Made by a program: the position numbers and the translations under genes. From an uncultured virus (IMG/VR IMGVR_UViG_3300042292_001068) (taxonomy: Duplodnaviria; Heunggongvirae; Uroviricota; Caudoviricetes): 64,000 bases of DNA. Of the stretch, positions 1-9,737 are shown in pieces. Under the pieces are notes generated by a model, which was not told the origin of the DNA, made no database searches, and saw only the letters and a program-made list of their open reading frames with translations. Numbering within the stretch: position 1 is the stretch's first letter; every line of letters begins with the position of its first letter. The DNA lies in IMG/VR virus record IMGVR_UViG_3300042292_001068; one strand, 5' to 3'.

Positions 1-2
1 TT

Positions 3-1130
3 CAAGGTTTATTGGAAGAAGAATACGATAATGTTGAAGGCGAATTAGATTTAATCGAAGATGCCCAAATGCAGTTGTATGGTGGTGGTTCAAGTTTTGA
101 AGGTGAAGCAGAAGATACTCGTAAAGTACAATCGGGAAAAAACCTTGCTTGTAGAACAGGATGTGCAGGTAAACACCCATTCAATAAAACAAAAAGACAA
201 GCGTGTGAAGATGAATGTGATAAAAAGTTCAAATCTTCGGGAAAACAAGAACGCAGAAGGGATGAAAGAGAAGAAAGAGAAAGTGCAAGAAAAGAATTTC
301 GTGGCGATAAAAAAGATTGTAAAGCAAAATTAAAAAGTGGCGAATTACAAAAATGGCAATATAAAGAATGTCTTAAAAAAGAACGAAAAGATAAGCGTTC
401 AGATATTAAAGAAGCAGGTGGTGGTATTGGAACACGAATTTGGAGAGCAACTGCCGTTGTTAATCCATTACTTGCATTAGGTAGAGGTGGAGTATTAATT
501 TTGGTTGGGGATAATACTTGGGGATTTGCTACACGATTAGCACCTGCGTTATTGCCCGATGCCGAAGCAAAAGAATTATTTAAACCCGAAGCGATTGAAA
601 AAGCCAAAAAAGGTTGGAAAAAAGTTGCTAATGGTTATCGTAATATGGGTGGTGATGATGCTAAATTAAAAAGCAAAGTTATTCAAGGATATAAGAAAAA
701 ACCATATAAGGTTTCTAAAAAATCGGGATTTGATGGAGAAGATATTTATGAGTTTTCAGAAGTTGCAGGTGTTGATGATGCAGTAGTAATAGCAGGTGCA
801 GTTACAACAGGTCTTTCTGCATTGGCAGGATTGGTTTCAGCATTTACAAAAGCAGGTGGTGAGAAAAATCCTTACAAGGATGATAAAGCACCCGATGATT
901 ATAAAAATGCACTTGCAGAAGGAACTATTGAAGGAAGTCCTGTAACAGATGCAAAAGCACCTGTATTGAATGATAAGGGTGAGTGGACAGAACCAAGCAC
1001 AGGTAAAGTAATTGACCCAATCACAGGTAAATATAAAGACACTATTTTTGGTTTAAATAAATGGTTGGCTATTGGTATTGGAGTTGCAGGAGTTGTAGGA
1101 TTATATTATATTTTTAAAGGAAAAAAATAA
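3..1130 (+). CDS. Putative virion membrane protein, 5'-truncated at the window edge; Cys/Lys-rich domain, two F[ED]G motifs, C-terminal TM
   Basis: Frame is open from base 3 (QGLLEEEY...); SSFEG and SGFDG; C-terminal WLAIGIGVAGVVGLYYIFKGKK. Confidence 0.7.
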   Translation, partial: QGLLEEEYDNVEGELDLIEDAQMQLYGGGSSFEGEAEDTRKVQSGKNLACRTGCAGKHPFNKTKRQACEDECDKKFKSSGKQERRRDEREERESARKEFRGDKKDCKAKLKSGELQKWQYKECLKKERKDKRSDIKEAGGGIGTRIWRATAVVNPLLALGRGGVLILVGDNTWGFATRLAPALLPDAEAKELFKPEAIEKAKKGWKKVANGYRNMGGDDAKLKSKVIQGYKKKPYKVSKKSGFDGEDIYEFSEVAGVDDAVVIAGAVTTGLSALAGLVSAFTKAGGEKNPYKDDKAPDDYKNALAEGTIEGSPVTDAKAPVLNDKGEWTEPSTGKVIDPITGKYKDTIFGLNKWLAIGIGVAGVVGLYYIFKGKK

Positions 1131-1140
1131 AACATTGGAT

Positions 1141-1950
1141 ATGGAGATAGATATTCCATCTAACTACCATTCCTTTCAACTTAATATCACGCTTGACACA
1201 AAAGAATTAAGTAGAATTAGAATAGTAGCATTAGACCCAAATAAACCTGCATCGAAATATGTTGATAGGGTTGGTAAACTTATGGGGAAAAGAACTTTTG
1301 AATTAAAGTTTCCTGTTTCGCCTAAAAAGTTGAAAATCGTAATTTACAATGTTGCAAATGGTAATTTACCTTATGGGGAAGATGATACATTTTCTATTTC
1401 TGATATGAAAGTAGAACCTTTACCACAATACGATGTATGGTGGAATAAGGACACTCAAAACTTTTACAATTTCGCAGTAGAATTTAGCCAAAACGCAGGT
1501 ATTTTATCGGCAGGGGAACAAAAGCCACATATTTATCGAAGTGATGATAATAAATTCACTATTGATTATTATAACAATATCGTAGATAAAAAAACGAATA
1601 AATTATTAACTACACCTGCTCGTATTGGACACAATACAGGCATTATCGAAGTAAGTAAGAATAAGTTTATGCAATACACTATTCCGATGCGTTTAGTGAT
1701 ACTATTGCACGAATTTTCGCATAAATATCTTAATCCTAAAATTGATAAGCCAATCAGTTACGAAACAGGTGCAGATATTCAAGGACTTTATATTTATTTG
1801 GGCAAGGGTTGGTCGCCTTATGAAGCACATAAAACATTCCTACAAGTGTTTAGAAATGCAAATAATGAACCTAACCATAAAAGGTACAAGATTATTAATG
1901 ATTTCATTTCTAAATACGAAAAAGGGCAAATTTCCAAACAGAAAAAATAA
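1141..1950 (+). CDS. HExxH zinc-metallopeptidase-like protein
   Basis: ILLHEFSHKY followed by E-TGAD (zincin-like third ligand); ATG at 1141 preferred over TTG at 1135. Confidence 0.5.
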   Translation: MEIDIPSNYHSFQLNITLDTKELSRIRIVALDPNKPASKYVDRVGKLMGKRTFELKFPVSPKKLKIVIYNVANGNLPYGEDDTFSISDMKVEPLPQYDVWWNKDTQNFYNFAVEFSQNAGILSAGEQKPHIYRSDDNKFTIDYYNNIVDKKTNKLLTTPARIGHNTGIIEVSKNKFMQYTIPMRLVILLHEFSHKYLNPKIDKPISYETGADIQGLYIYLGKGWSPYEAHKTFLQVFRNANNEPNHKRYKIINDFISKYEKGQISKQKK

Positions 1951-1956
1951 TGCTCT

Positions 1957-4506
1957 ATGGAAAAAAATGTTCAAGAATTATTAAAAGATAAAAATGAAGA
2001 TGTAGTTCAATTCAATTTTGAGAACAACACTTCAAGTCCTGTTGCTATTGATTTATTCGATACTGCATCTTTATTAACTATTCCCACAAGTGGAACACAA
2101 CAAACAACTTATACCCCTTCAAACGATTTATTACCAACATTACCCCCAAGTTTATTTGCACAAAATCAAAACAACGGAACTTTTATCGCTTCCGATTTAG
2201 TTTCACCTGTTTTACGATTATTAAATACTACTACGAACACGAATGAAAGTGAATTTGATAATTCTATTGGGTTTAATTTGGGTGATGTTTATTCAATAGT
2301 GATACAACCCGATGGTAAAATACTTGTTGGTGGTTCTTTTTTCCAATATAAAGGTTTAACTGAAAATTTAATTATTCGATTAAACTCCGATGGTTCAAAA
2401 GATTTGACATTTGATAATTCTATTGGTTTTAATAGTGCAGTTTATTCAATAGCGATACAACCCGATGGTAAAATACTTATGGGTGGTTCATTTACAACAT
2501 ATAAAGGATTAACTGAAAATCGTATTATTCGATTAAATACAGATGGCACAAAAGATTTAACATTTGATAATTCAAATGCCTTTAATAATAATGTGGAACG
2601 ATTAGCATTACAACCCGATGGTAAAATAATTTGTGGTGGTGGATTTACACAATACAAAGGTATAACAGAAAATTATATTATCCGATTAAATTCAGATGGA
2701 ACAAAAGATTTAACATTCGATAATTCTATTGGATTTAATTTTCAAGTTTTTTCAATAGCGATACAACCCGATGGTAAAATACTTGTTGGTGGTGCATTTT
2801 CAACTTACAAAGGGGTAACAGAAAATTGTATTATTCGATTAAATTCAGATGGCACAAAAGATTTGACATTCGATAACTCTATTGGATTTGATAGTGCAGT
2901 TTATTCAATAGCGATACAACCCGATGGTAAAATACTTGTTGGTGGTTTTTTTACACAATATAAAGGTGTATCTGCAAATAAAATTATCCGATTAAATTCA
3001 GATGGCACAAAAGATTTGACATTTGATAATTCTATTGGGTTTAATAGTTTGGTTTATTCAATAGCGATACAACCCGATGGTAAAATACTTTGTAATGGTG
3101 ATTTTACAACATATAAAGGTATAACCGAAAATTGTATTATTCGATTAAATTCAGATGGCACAAAAGATTTGACATTTGATAATTCTATTGGATTTGATAG
3201 TGCAGTTTATTCACCAATAGCCATTCAATCCGATGGGGATATATTTTGTGGTGGAAATTTTACAACATACAAAGGATATACAAATAATGGAATAATTAAA
3301 TTAAATTCAGATGGTGGTAGTGCTTCCACTTTAAATATAGGTGGTGTAGGTGGAAATTTTAATGATATAATATATAATTCAAATAATAATGTATTCTACG
3401 GAATAAATGGTAATGATTTATATGTTATTAATTCAGATGGTCAATCAATACAAAATATATTCGCATTAGGTGGAATATCAATCACATATAATTCAAATAA
3501 CAATTATTTATACATATTACGAGGATTAACAATAAGAGTATTTGATTGTGCTACAAATTTGATAGTAACAAATATAAGTTTAGGTGGGGGTAGTTCTTCC
3601 TTTTTATCAGAAGTTACTCCTTCAAATGAAATTTACTATTTTGATAATACTTTTAATTTATTACAAAAGATTAATTGTTTAACAAATACACTTGTTCCAA
3701 TAAATATTTCCTTACCTAATATATTTACATCAAATGGATTGCCTTATTACAATGGTTATTTGTATATATATAGTAATTCAAGTAATATAATTGATATTGT
3801 TGATACCAATACAGACACATATTTTAATTCAATTACAATACCTGCTTTATATACATTTAACCCATTATATTCAGCGATAAATCCTATAACGAATCAATTA
3901 TTTATTACTGACTTTAATTTAACAAGACAATACGCAATAATTGATTTGCCAACAAACACATTAGTTTCAGTAAATTCATTAGGTGGAGTTGGTGGAACAT
4001 ACGGAGTGATATATAATTCATTAACGGATTCTATGTATATAAGTGGTTCATTATTTTCGATAGTTACATTTACGGCTACACCATTCTTTATTGGTGGTTC
4101 TACCAATTATAATACATTCGTAAATAACTTGAATTTTGAGCCGATATTTATTGATGAAATTCGTATTTTAACTCAAAACCTAACGCAGTTAAATAACCAA
4201 GTTCAGTTTACTAAAATTGATTCAAATGGTAATCAGATATTTTTTGGGGAATTTCCAATTAACAAAATTGATATAGACCAAAATAATAATATCGCAGAGT
4301 TAAAACTCAATGGTTTGGTTTTCGATGGTCGTACATACATAAATCAATATGTAATTAACCCAAATCAAATTGTTAGTTTTGAGATTTATTACAAGCAATT
4401 AGATAGGTTTAGTGCAACGCCTACTTTCCCTATATTCTTCAAGCCGAAAGTTCAGTTAAAAGAATATATTAGAAAAGATTACAATAATTACGATGTTGAA
4501 ATGTAA
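1957..4506 (+). CDS. Putative spike/receptor-binding protein with 7 delta-60 (DUF5122-type) repeats plus a second beta-propeller
   Basis: 7x (I/L)Q(P/S)DG(K/D)I..GG.F...IIRLNSDG.KDLTF; N- and C-termini shared with the next two ORFs. Confidence 0.7.
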   Translation: MEKNVQELLKDKNEDVVQFNFENNTSSPVAIDLFDTASLLTIPTSGTQQTTYTPSNDLLPTLPPSLFAQNQNNGTFIASDLVSPVLRLLNTTTNTNESEFDNSIGFNLGDVYSIVIQPDGKILVGGSFFQYKGLTENLIIRLNSDGSKDLTFDNSIGFNSAVYSIAIQPDGKILMGGSFTTYKGLTENRIIRLNTDGTKDLTFDNSNAFNNNVERLALQPDGKIICGGGFTQYKGITENYIIRLNSDGTKDLTFDNSIGFNFQVFSIAIQPDGKILVGGAFSTYKGVTENCIIRLNSDGTKDLTFDNSIGFDSAVYSIAIQPDGKILVGGFFTQYKGVSANKIIRLNSDGTKDLTFDNSIGFNSLVYSIAIQPDGKILCNGDFTTYKGITENCIIRLNSDGTKDLTFDNSIGFDSAVYSPIAIQSDGDIFCGGNFTTYKGYTNNGIIKLNSDGGSASTLNIGGVGGNFNDIIYNSNNNVFYGINGNDLYVINSDGQSIQNIFALGGISITYNSNNNYLYILRGLTIRVFDCATNLIVTNISLGGGSSSFLSEVTPSNEIYYFDNTFNLLQKINCLTNTLVPINISLPNIFTSNGLPYYNGYLYIYSNSSNIIDIVDTNTDTYFNSITIPALYTFNPLYSAINPITNQLFITDFNLTRQYAIIDLPTNTLVSVNSLGGVGGTYGVIYNSLTDSMYISGSLFSIVTFTATPFFIGGSTNYNTFVNNLNFEPIFIDEIRILTQNLTQLNNQVQFTKIDSNGNQIFFGEFPINKIDIDQNNNIAELKLNGLVFDGRTYINQYVINPNQIVSFEIYYKQLDRFSATPTFPIFFKPKVQLKEYIRKDYNNYDVEM
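2250..3315 (+). repeat. Coding tandem repeat of about 153 bp (delta-60 units)
   Basis: Recurrent cgattaaattcagatggcacaaaagatttgacatttgataattctattgg. Confidence 0.85.
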
Positions 4507-5972
4507 TGGAAGAAAATATACAGAAAATATTAAATGAAAAAGACGAAAATGTAGTTCAGTTCAATGTAACTAACACTACATCAAGTCCTGTATTTATAGA
4601 TTTATTTGATAGTGCTAATTTAAGTCCTGTTGCTAATTCTGTGGTTTATTCAAGTTTGCCTAATACACCAACTTCAAGTTTTGGAACATTAGCGTATCAA
4701 TATCTCTCAATTAATCCTAATAATGGATATTTATATGCTACTGATGGTAGTAATTTATGTCAAGTATTTGATACTAATAATGGGAATGTACTTGTTACGA
4801 ATATAATTTTTCCAACGGCAAGTGTTATTCAATCCTGCTATAATTCTATTGACAATACTTTATATTTTGTGGATAGTTTTGGTTTTATTTATGTTGTAAA
4901 TGCTAACACAAATGCAATAACCACAACTATACCCTATACAGGTGGTGCTAATGCTATACTATATATTCCGAATACTAATTCTATATATTTATCAATAACT
5001 TTAAGTACAATTCGTATTAATTGTTCTACAAACACAATATCGCCAACAACATTATTGCCATACGATGATTTTGCTTTTAATTCAACAAATGGATTAGTTT
5101 ATGCAGTTGAAAATTCTTTTGGAACATTTGTAGTAATAAATCCTTTTACTGATATAATAATACAAACGATATTCATAAGTACCGCTACTACAATAGGTAT
5201 TAATTCAAACATCAATACTCCCTATGCTTATATTTCAGATATTATAACAGGCGATATTTATATTTATAATTGGAACACAGGAAATTCATTTTTTGGCACT
5301 TTAATTCCGAGTGTTGGAAATATAGGAAGAAGCGTTTATGATTCGTTTACAAACAGGGTTTATTTTGGAACAAACACAGGTAATTTATTGATTATTAATT
5401 CAGACAATACATTTCAAACATCTTTTATTTCTTTATCCTTCTTATTGACAGAGGTAATAAATCCTAATCTAAATTTATTATATACTGCTACTCCATTTAC
5501 GAATAACATATTTCAAATTACAACATTAGGAATAACTGCAACACCTTATTATATTTCGGGTTCAGCAAATTATAATGCTTTTGTAAATAACTTGAATAAT
5601 GAACCTGTGTTTATTCAGATGATTAGATTGCTTGTTCAAAATCAAAATCAACTTACAAATGAATTACAATTAACTACGATTGATTCAAATGGTAATCAGA
5701 TATTTATGCCGAATTTCCCTATTAATGAAGTTAGTGCATATCAGCAACAAGGAAACATAGGTGAAATAACATTAAAAGATATTGTTTTCGATGGTAGAAC
5801 ATACATTAATCAATATCAATTAAACCCGAATGAATCGTTGTCATTTGAAATATATTACAAGCAATTAAATTTGCCTTCTGCAACACCTACATACCCTATA
5901 TTCTTCAAGCCGAAAGTTCAATTAAAAGAGTATATTAGAAAAGATTATTCAAATTATGATGTTGAAATGTAA
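4506..5972 (+). CDS. Paralogous spike-like protein with a YVTN/YncE-like beta-propeller and no delta-60 insert
   Basis: Shared termini (VVQFN..N.TSSPV.IDLFD; FFKPKVQLKEYIRKDY.NYDVEM); YNS..N.LY repeats; TAATG overlap with the preceding gene. Confidence 0.65.
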   Translation: MEENIQKILNEKDENVVQFNVTNTTSSPVFIDLFDSANLSPVANSVVYSSLPNTPTSSFGTLAYQYLSINPNNGYLYATDGSNLCQVFDTNNGNVLVTNIIFPTASVIQSCYNSIDNTLYFVDSFGFIYVVNANTNAITTTIPYTGGANAILYIPNTNSIYLSITLSTIRINCSTNTISPTTLLPYDDFAFNSTNGLVYAVENSFGTFVVINPFTDIIIQTIFISTATTIGINSNINTPYAYISDIITGDIYIYNWNTGNSFFGTLIPSVGNIGRSVYDSFTNRVYFGTNTGNLLIINSDNTFQTSFISLSFLLTEVINPNLNLLYTATPFTNNIFQITTLGITATPYYISGSANYNAFVNNLNNEPVFIQMIRLLVQNQNQLTNELQLTTIDSNGNQIFMPNFPINEVSAYQQQGNIGEITLKDIVFDGRTYINQYQLNPNESLSFEIYYKQLNLPSATPTYPIFFKPKVQLKEYIRKDYSNYDVEM

Positions 5973-8584
5973 TGGAAGAAAATGTTCAAGAATTATTAAA
6001 AGACAAAAATGAAGATATAGTTCAATTCAATTTTGAGAACAATACTTCAAGTCCTGTGGCGATTGATTTATTCGATACGGCATCTTTATTAACTATTCCT
6101 ACAAGTGGAAATACAACAAATACATATAGTTCATCTACCGATTTAATACCTTCTTTACCACCAAGTATTTTTTCTTTCAATCCTACAAATGGATTGATAA
6201 TATCAACAGACCCAACTACCGAAGAAATTAGATTAGTAGATACAATTAATAATACCACTCCAAATAATTTTGATAACACTCTTGGATTTGATTCAGCCGT
6301 AACAACATTGGTTATTCAACCCGATGGTAAAATGCTCGTTGGTGGTCAATTTATATTTTACAAAACATTTTCTAATAATCGTATTATTCGATTAAATTCA
6401 GATGGAACAAAAGATTTGACATTTGATAATTCTATCGGTTTTAATGGTCAATTAGCAGGAATGGTATTACAACCCGATGGAAAAATAATTTGTGGTGGTT
6501 TTTTTACAACATACAAAGGTGTATCTGAAAATAGAATAATCCGATTAAATTCAGATGGAACAAAAGATTTGACATTTGATAATTCTATTGGTTTTGATAA
6601 TGGTGTAGATATTATAGAAATACAACCCGATGGAAAAATACTTGTCGGTGGTGCATTTACAACATACAAAGGATTAGCAGAAGTTAGAATTATTCGATTA
6701 AATTCAGATGGAACAAAAGATTTAACATTTGATAATTCTATTGGATTTACAGGTGGTAATGTTCTTGAAATTAAAATACAATCAGATGGAAAAATACTTG
6801 TTGGTGGTACTTTTACATCATACAAAGGATTAACAGAAAATTATATAATTCGATTAAATTCAGATGGAACAAAAGATTTAACATTTGATAACTCTATCGG
6901 TTTTGATTTGAATGTTAATACAATTACAATTCAATCCGATGGAAAAATACTTGTTGGTGGATTATTTACAACATACAAAGGATTAACTGAAAATCGTATT
7001 ATTCGATTAAATTCAGATGGTTCAAAAGATTTGACATTTGATAATTCTATCGGTTTTGGTATTGGAGTTGTTGGATTACAAAAAGTATTATTACAACCCG
7101 ATGGTAAAATAGTATGTGGTGGTTCATTTACAACATACAAAGGATTAACATATCGAAGAATAATTCGATTAAATACAGATGGTAGTATTGACATAACATT
7201 TAATCCTGCATTTGGCTATCAAGGTGGTTCAGTTAATGATATTTCATTATTGAATGATGGAAGTTTAATTATGGTTGGTTTTTTCGATTCATTTAATAAT
7301 TTCCTAAATGCAAGAATATCAAAATTAGATTCCAACGGAAATTCACAAGCAATTTTACAAACAGGTAACAAAAATCGTGATTTAGCATATTGTTCATCAA
7401 ATAATAGATTTTACCTATCTCCAACAACTAATTATAAAGCAAATATAATTTCGGGAAATGGTGATTTTCTTATTGGCACTCCCATTACATTACCTACTTT
7501 CGATACAAGAAGTTATTCTATTGAATATAATGTGAATAATAATAATATGTATTATTTATGTAAGGATATTGTTTTATTAAATTCTTTTATCACCATTGTT
7601 GATTGTTCAATAGATACGATTATATCAACAATACCATTACCTAATTATGATATTTCTTATGCCTTATCAAATTTAACATTATTAAATACGATGTATTTTT
7701 TTGATAATACAACAGGATTTCTTCAAAAAATAGATTGTGTTAGTAATACATTGGTTTTAATTAATTTATCATTACCAAATATCACATCAAACATATCTTC
7801 ATTAAATTATAATTCAACAAATGGATTGCTTTATATAATGACTTCAAATAGTGGTGTAATTGATGTTATTGATACGAATACAGATACATATTTAACTTCA
7901 ATTACAATACCTTCTACATATTCATTTCAGTCGAATAGTTCAGCAATAAATCCTTTAACTAACGAATTATTCATTACTGATGCAAATGTCATAAATCCTA
8001 AACAATTCGCAGTAATTAATCTAAATAATAATTCGCTTGTTTCGGTAAATTCAATGGGTGGTATTGGTGCAACATACGGAGTGATATATAATTCATTGAC
8101 AAACTCAATGTATATTAGTGGTTCATTGTTCTCTGTTGTTACATTTAATGCTACCCCATTCTTTATTGGTGGTTCAACGAATTATAACACATTCGTAAAT
8201 AACCTAAATTTTGAACCTGTAATGATTCAAGAAATTAGGATATTAACTCAAAATCAAACGCAATTATACAACCAAGTTCAGTTTACAAAAATTGATTCAA
8301 ATGGTAATCAGATATTCTTTCCCGAATTTCCAATTACAAAAGTTGATTCTTTTCAAGCACAAGGTAATATCGCAGGATTAAAATTAAATGGTTTAGTTTT
8401 CGATGGTCGTACATACATAAATCAATATGTAATTAACCCAAGTCAAATTGTTAGTTTTGAAATAATATACAAGCAATTAGACAGGTTTAGTGCGACACCT
8501 ACTTTCCCTATATTCTTTAAGCCGAAAATTCAGTTAAAAGAATATATTAGAAAAGATTACAATAATTATGATGTCGAAATGTGA
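5972..8584 (+). CDS. Third paralogous spike-like protein with 7 delta-60 repeats
   Basis: Same architecture as 1957-4506. Confidence 0.7.
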   Translation: MEENVQELLKDKNEDIVQFNFENNTSSPVAIDLFDTASLLTIPTSGNTTNTYSSSTDLIPSLPPSIFSFNPTNGLIISTDPTTEEIRLVDTINNTTPNNFDNTLGFDSAVTTLVIQPDGKMLVGGQFIFYKTFSNNRIIRLNSDGTKDLTFDNSIGFNGQLAGMVLQPDGKIICGGFFTTYKGVSENRIIRLNSDGTKDLTFDNSIGFDNGVDIIEIQPDGKILVGGAFTTYKGLAEVRIIRLNSDGTKDLTFDNSIGFTGGNVLEIKIQSDGKILVGGTFTSYKGLTENYIIRLNSDGTKDLTFDNSIGFDLNVNTITIQSDGKILVGGLFTTYKGLTENRIIRLNSDGSKDLTFDNSIGFGIGVVGLQKVLLQPDGKIVCGGSFTTYKGLTYRRIIRLNTDGSIDITFNPAFGYQGGSVNDISLLNDGSLIMVGFFDSFNNFLNARISKLDSNGNSQAILQTGNKNRDLAYCSSNNRFYLSPTTNYKANIISGNGDFLIGTPITLPTFDTRSYSIEYNVNNNNMYYLCKDIVLLNSFITIVDCSIDTIISTIPLPNYDISYALSNLTLLNTMYFFDNTTGFLQKIDCVSNTLVLINLSLPNITSNISSLNYNSTNGLLYIMTSNSGVIDVIDTNTDTYLTSITIPSTYSFQSNSSAINPLTNELFITDANVINPKQFAVINLNNNSLVSVNSMGGIGATYGVIYNSLTNSMYISGSLFSVVTFNATPFFIGGSTNYNTFVNNLNFEPVMIQEIRILTQNQTQLYNQVQFTKIDSNGNQIFFPEFPITKVDSFQAQGNIAGLKLNGLVFDGRTYINQYVINPSQIVSFEIIYKQLDRFSATPTFPIFFKPKIQLKEYIRKDYNNYDVEM
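6265..7335 (+). repeat. Coding tandem repeat of about 153 bp (delta-60 units)
   Basis: Recurrent cgattaaattcagatggaacaaaagatttgacatttgataattctat. Confidence 0.85.
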
Positions 8585-8648
8585 TTGAATATTAAATAAA
8601 ATAACCAAAAAAAAAAGATTAAATAATGATTGAATTAAAAAAAAGTAT

Positions 8649-8656
8649 TATTTTTG
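8649..8656 (+). promoter_or_regulatory. Possible Bacteroidota-type -7 box
   Basis: TATTTTTG (TAnnTTTG) in the intergenic gap before 8828/8992. Confidence 0.3.
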
Positions 8657-8827
8657 ACATTGAACAAAGATATTTCTTAATTAATAAAATTAATGTAAAA
8701 TTCGGGAAAACCCTGTACTATTGGGATTTCTATACATTATTTTATTTCAATCAACAAAATTTAATTACGATTTAATTACCTTGAATAAGCGTATAATTAT
8801 TGCTTATTTAATTAATTTTTTGAATTT

Positions 8828-8950
8828 ATGAATACAAATAGAATAATTAACATATCTTTTTTCGCAACACTAATTGCAGTTGTGGGGATAATGTCTTATA
8901 CACAAGGTAAAGTAATTCGTACAGAATTAAAAAAACAATGGGATATATAA
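8828..8950 (+). CDS. Small single-TM protein (40 aa, not in ORF track)
   Basis: MNTNRIINISFFATLIAVVGIMSYTQGKVIRTELKKQWDI. Confidence 0.55.
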   Translation: MNTNRIINISFFATLIAVVGIMSYTQGKVIRTELKKQWDI

Positions 8951-8991
8951 TAACAACATATCATTAAAAACAAAAATAAAAAACAAAAATT

Positions 8992-9711
8992 ATGGCAAAG
9001 AGATTATCACACTCGACAGACAGAACTACTTTGGTAGATGGATGTGGAACAATTTTGAAAACTAACCGATTGAAAGGTGGTTATAGATTGGTAAAACGCA
9101 AAGCAGGTACAAAGTCATCTGCAACTGCAACGGCAACTGCACCAAGCAAAAGAGGTCGTAAACCATCTGTAAAAGCAACTGCAACGGCAACTGCACCAAG
9201 CACAAGAGGTCGTAAGTCATCTGCAACTGCAACGGCAACTGCACCAAGCACAAGAGGTCGTAAACCATCTGTAAAAGCACCTGTAATGGCAACCGCACCA
9301 AGCAAAAGAGGTCGTAAGCCATCTGTAAAAGCACCTGTAATGGCAACCGCACCAAGCAAAAGAGGTCGTAAGCCATCTGTAAAAGCACCTGTAATCGCAA
9401 CTGCACCAAAAGGTAAAAGAGGTCGCCCTGCATTGGCAAAAGCAACTGCACCTGTAATGGCAACTGCACCAAAAGGTAAAAGAGGTCGCCCTGCATTGGC
9501 AAAAGCAACTGCACCTGTAATGGCAACTGCACCAAAAGGTAAAAGAGGTCGCCCTGCATTGGCAAAAGTAACTGCACCTGTAATCGCACCTAAAAAGCGT
9601 AGAGGTGGTAAAAAAGCAAGTACATCTGCAAAAGCGATGAAACCATCTGCGAAAGCACCTGTAAAAGCAACTTCAAAAGGTAGAGGTCGTAGAGCAACTG
9701 CAAAAGCATAA
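8992..9711 (+). CDS. Histone H1-like K/A/P/T-rich DNA-condensing protein with AT-hook-like repeats
   Basis: 9 tandem units with (K/T)RGRK(P/S) or KRGRP cores; almost no acidic residues. Confidence 0.7.
   Translation: MAKRLSHSTDRTTLVDGCGTILKTNRLKGGYRLVKRKAGTKSSATATATAPSKRGRKPSVKATATATAPSTRGRKSSATATATAPSTRGRKPSVKAPVMATAPSKRGRKPSVKAPVMATAPSKRGRKPSVKAPVIATAPKGKRGRPALAKATAPVMATAPKGKRGRPALAKATAPVMATAPKGKRGRPALAKVTAPVIAPKKRRGGKKASTSAKAMKPSAKAPVKATSKGRGRRATAKA
9110..9595 (+). repeat. Coding tandem repeat (48-60 bp units)
   Basis: gcaactgcacc...agaggtcg repeated. Confidence 0.85.
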
Positions 9712-9737
9712 TTATTAAATTATAAAAAACAGAAGAA

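Noticed and set aside
2250..7335. Regularly spaced DNA repeats as a CRISPR array
   Set aside because: In-frame ~153 bp protein repeats whose intervening sequence is also homologous; no cas genes.
1957..8584. Diversity-generating retroelement acting on the spike genes
   Set aside because: No reverse transcriptase or non-coding template repeat in the window; the differences are not obviously adenine-specific.
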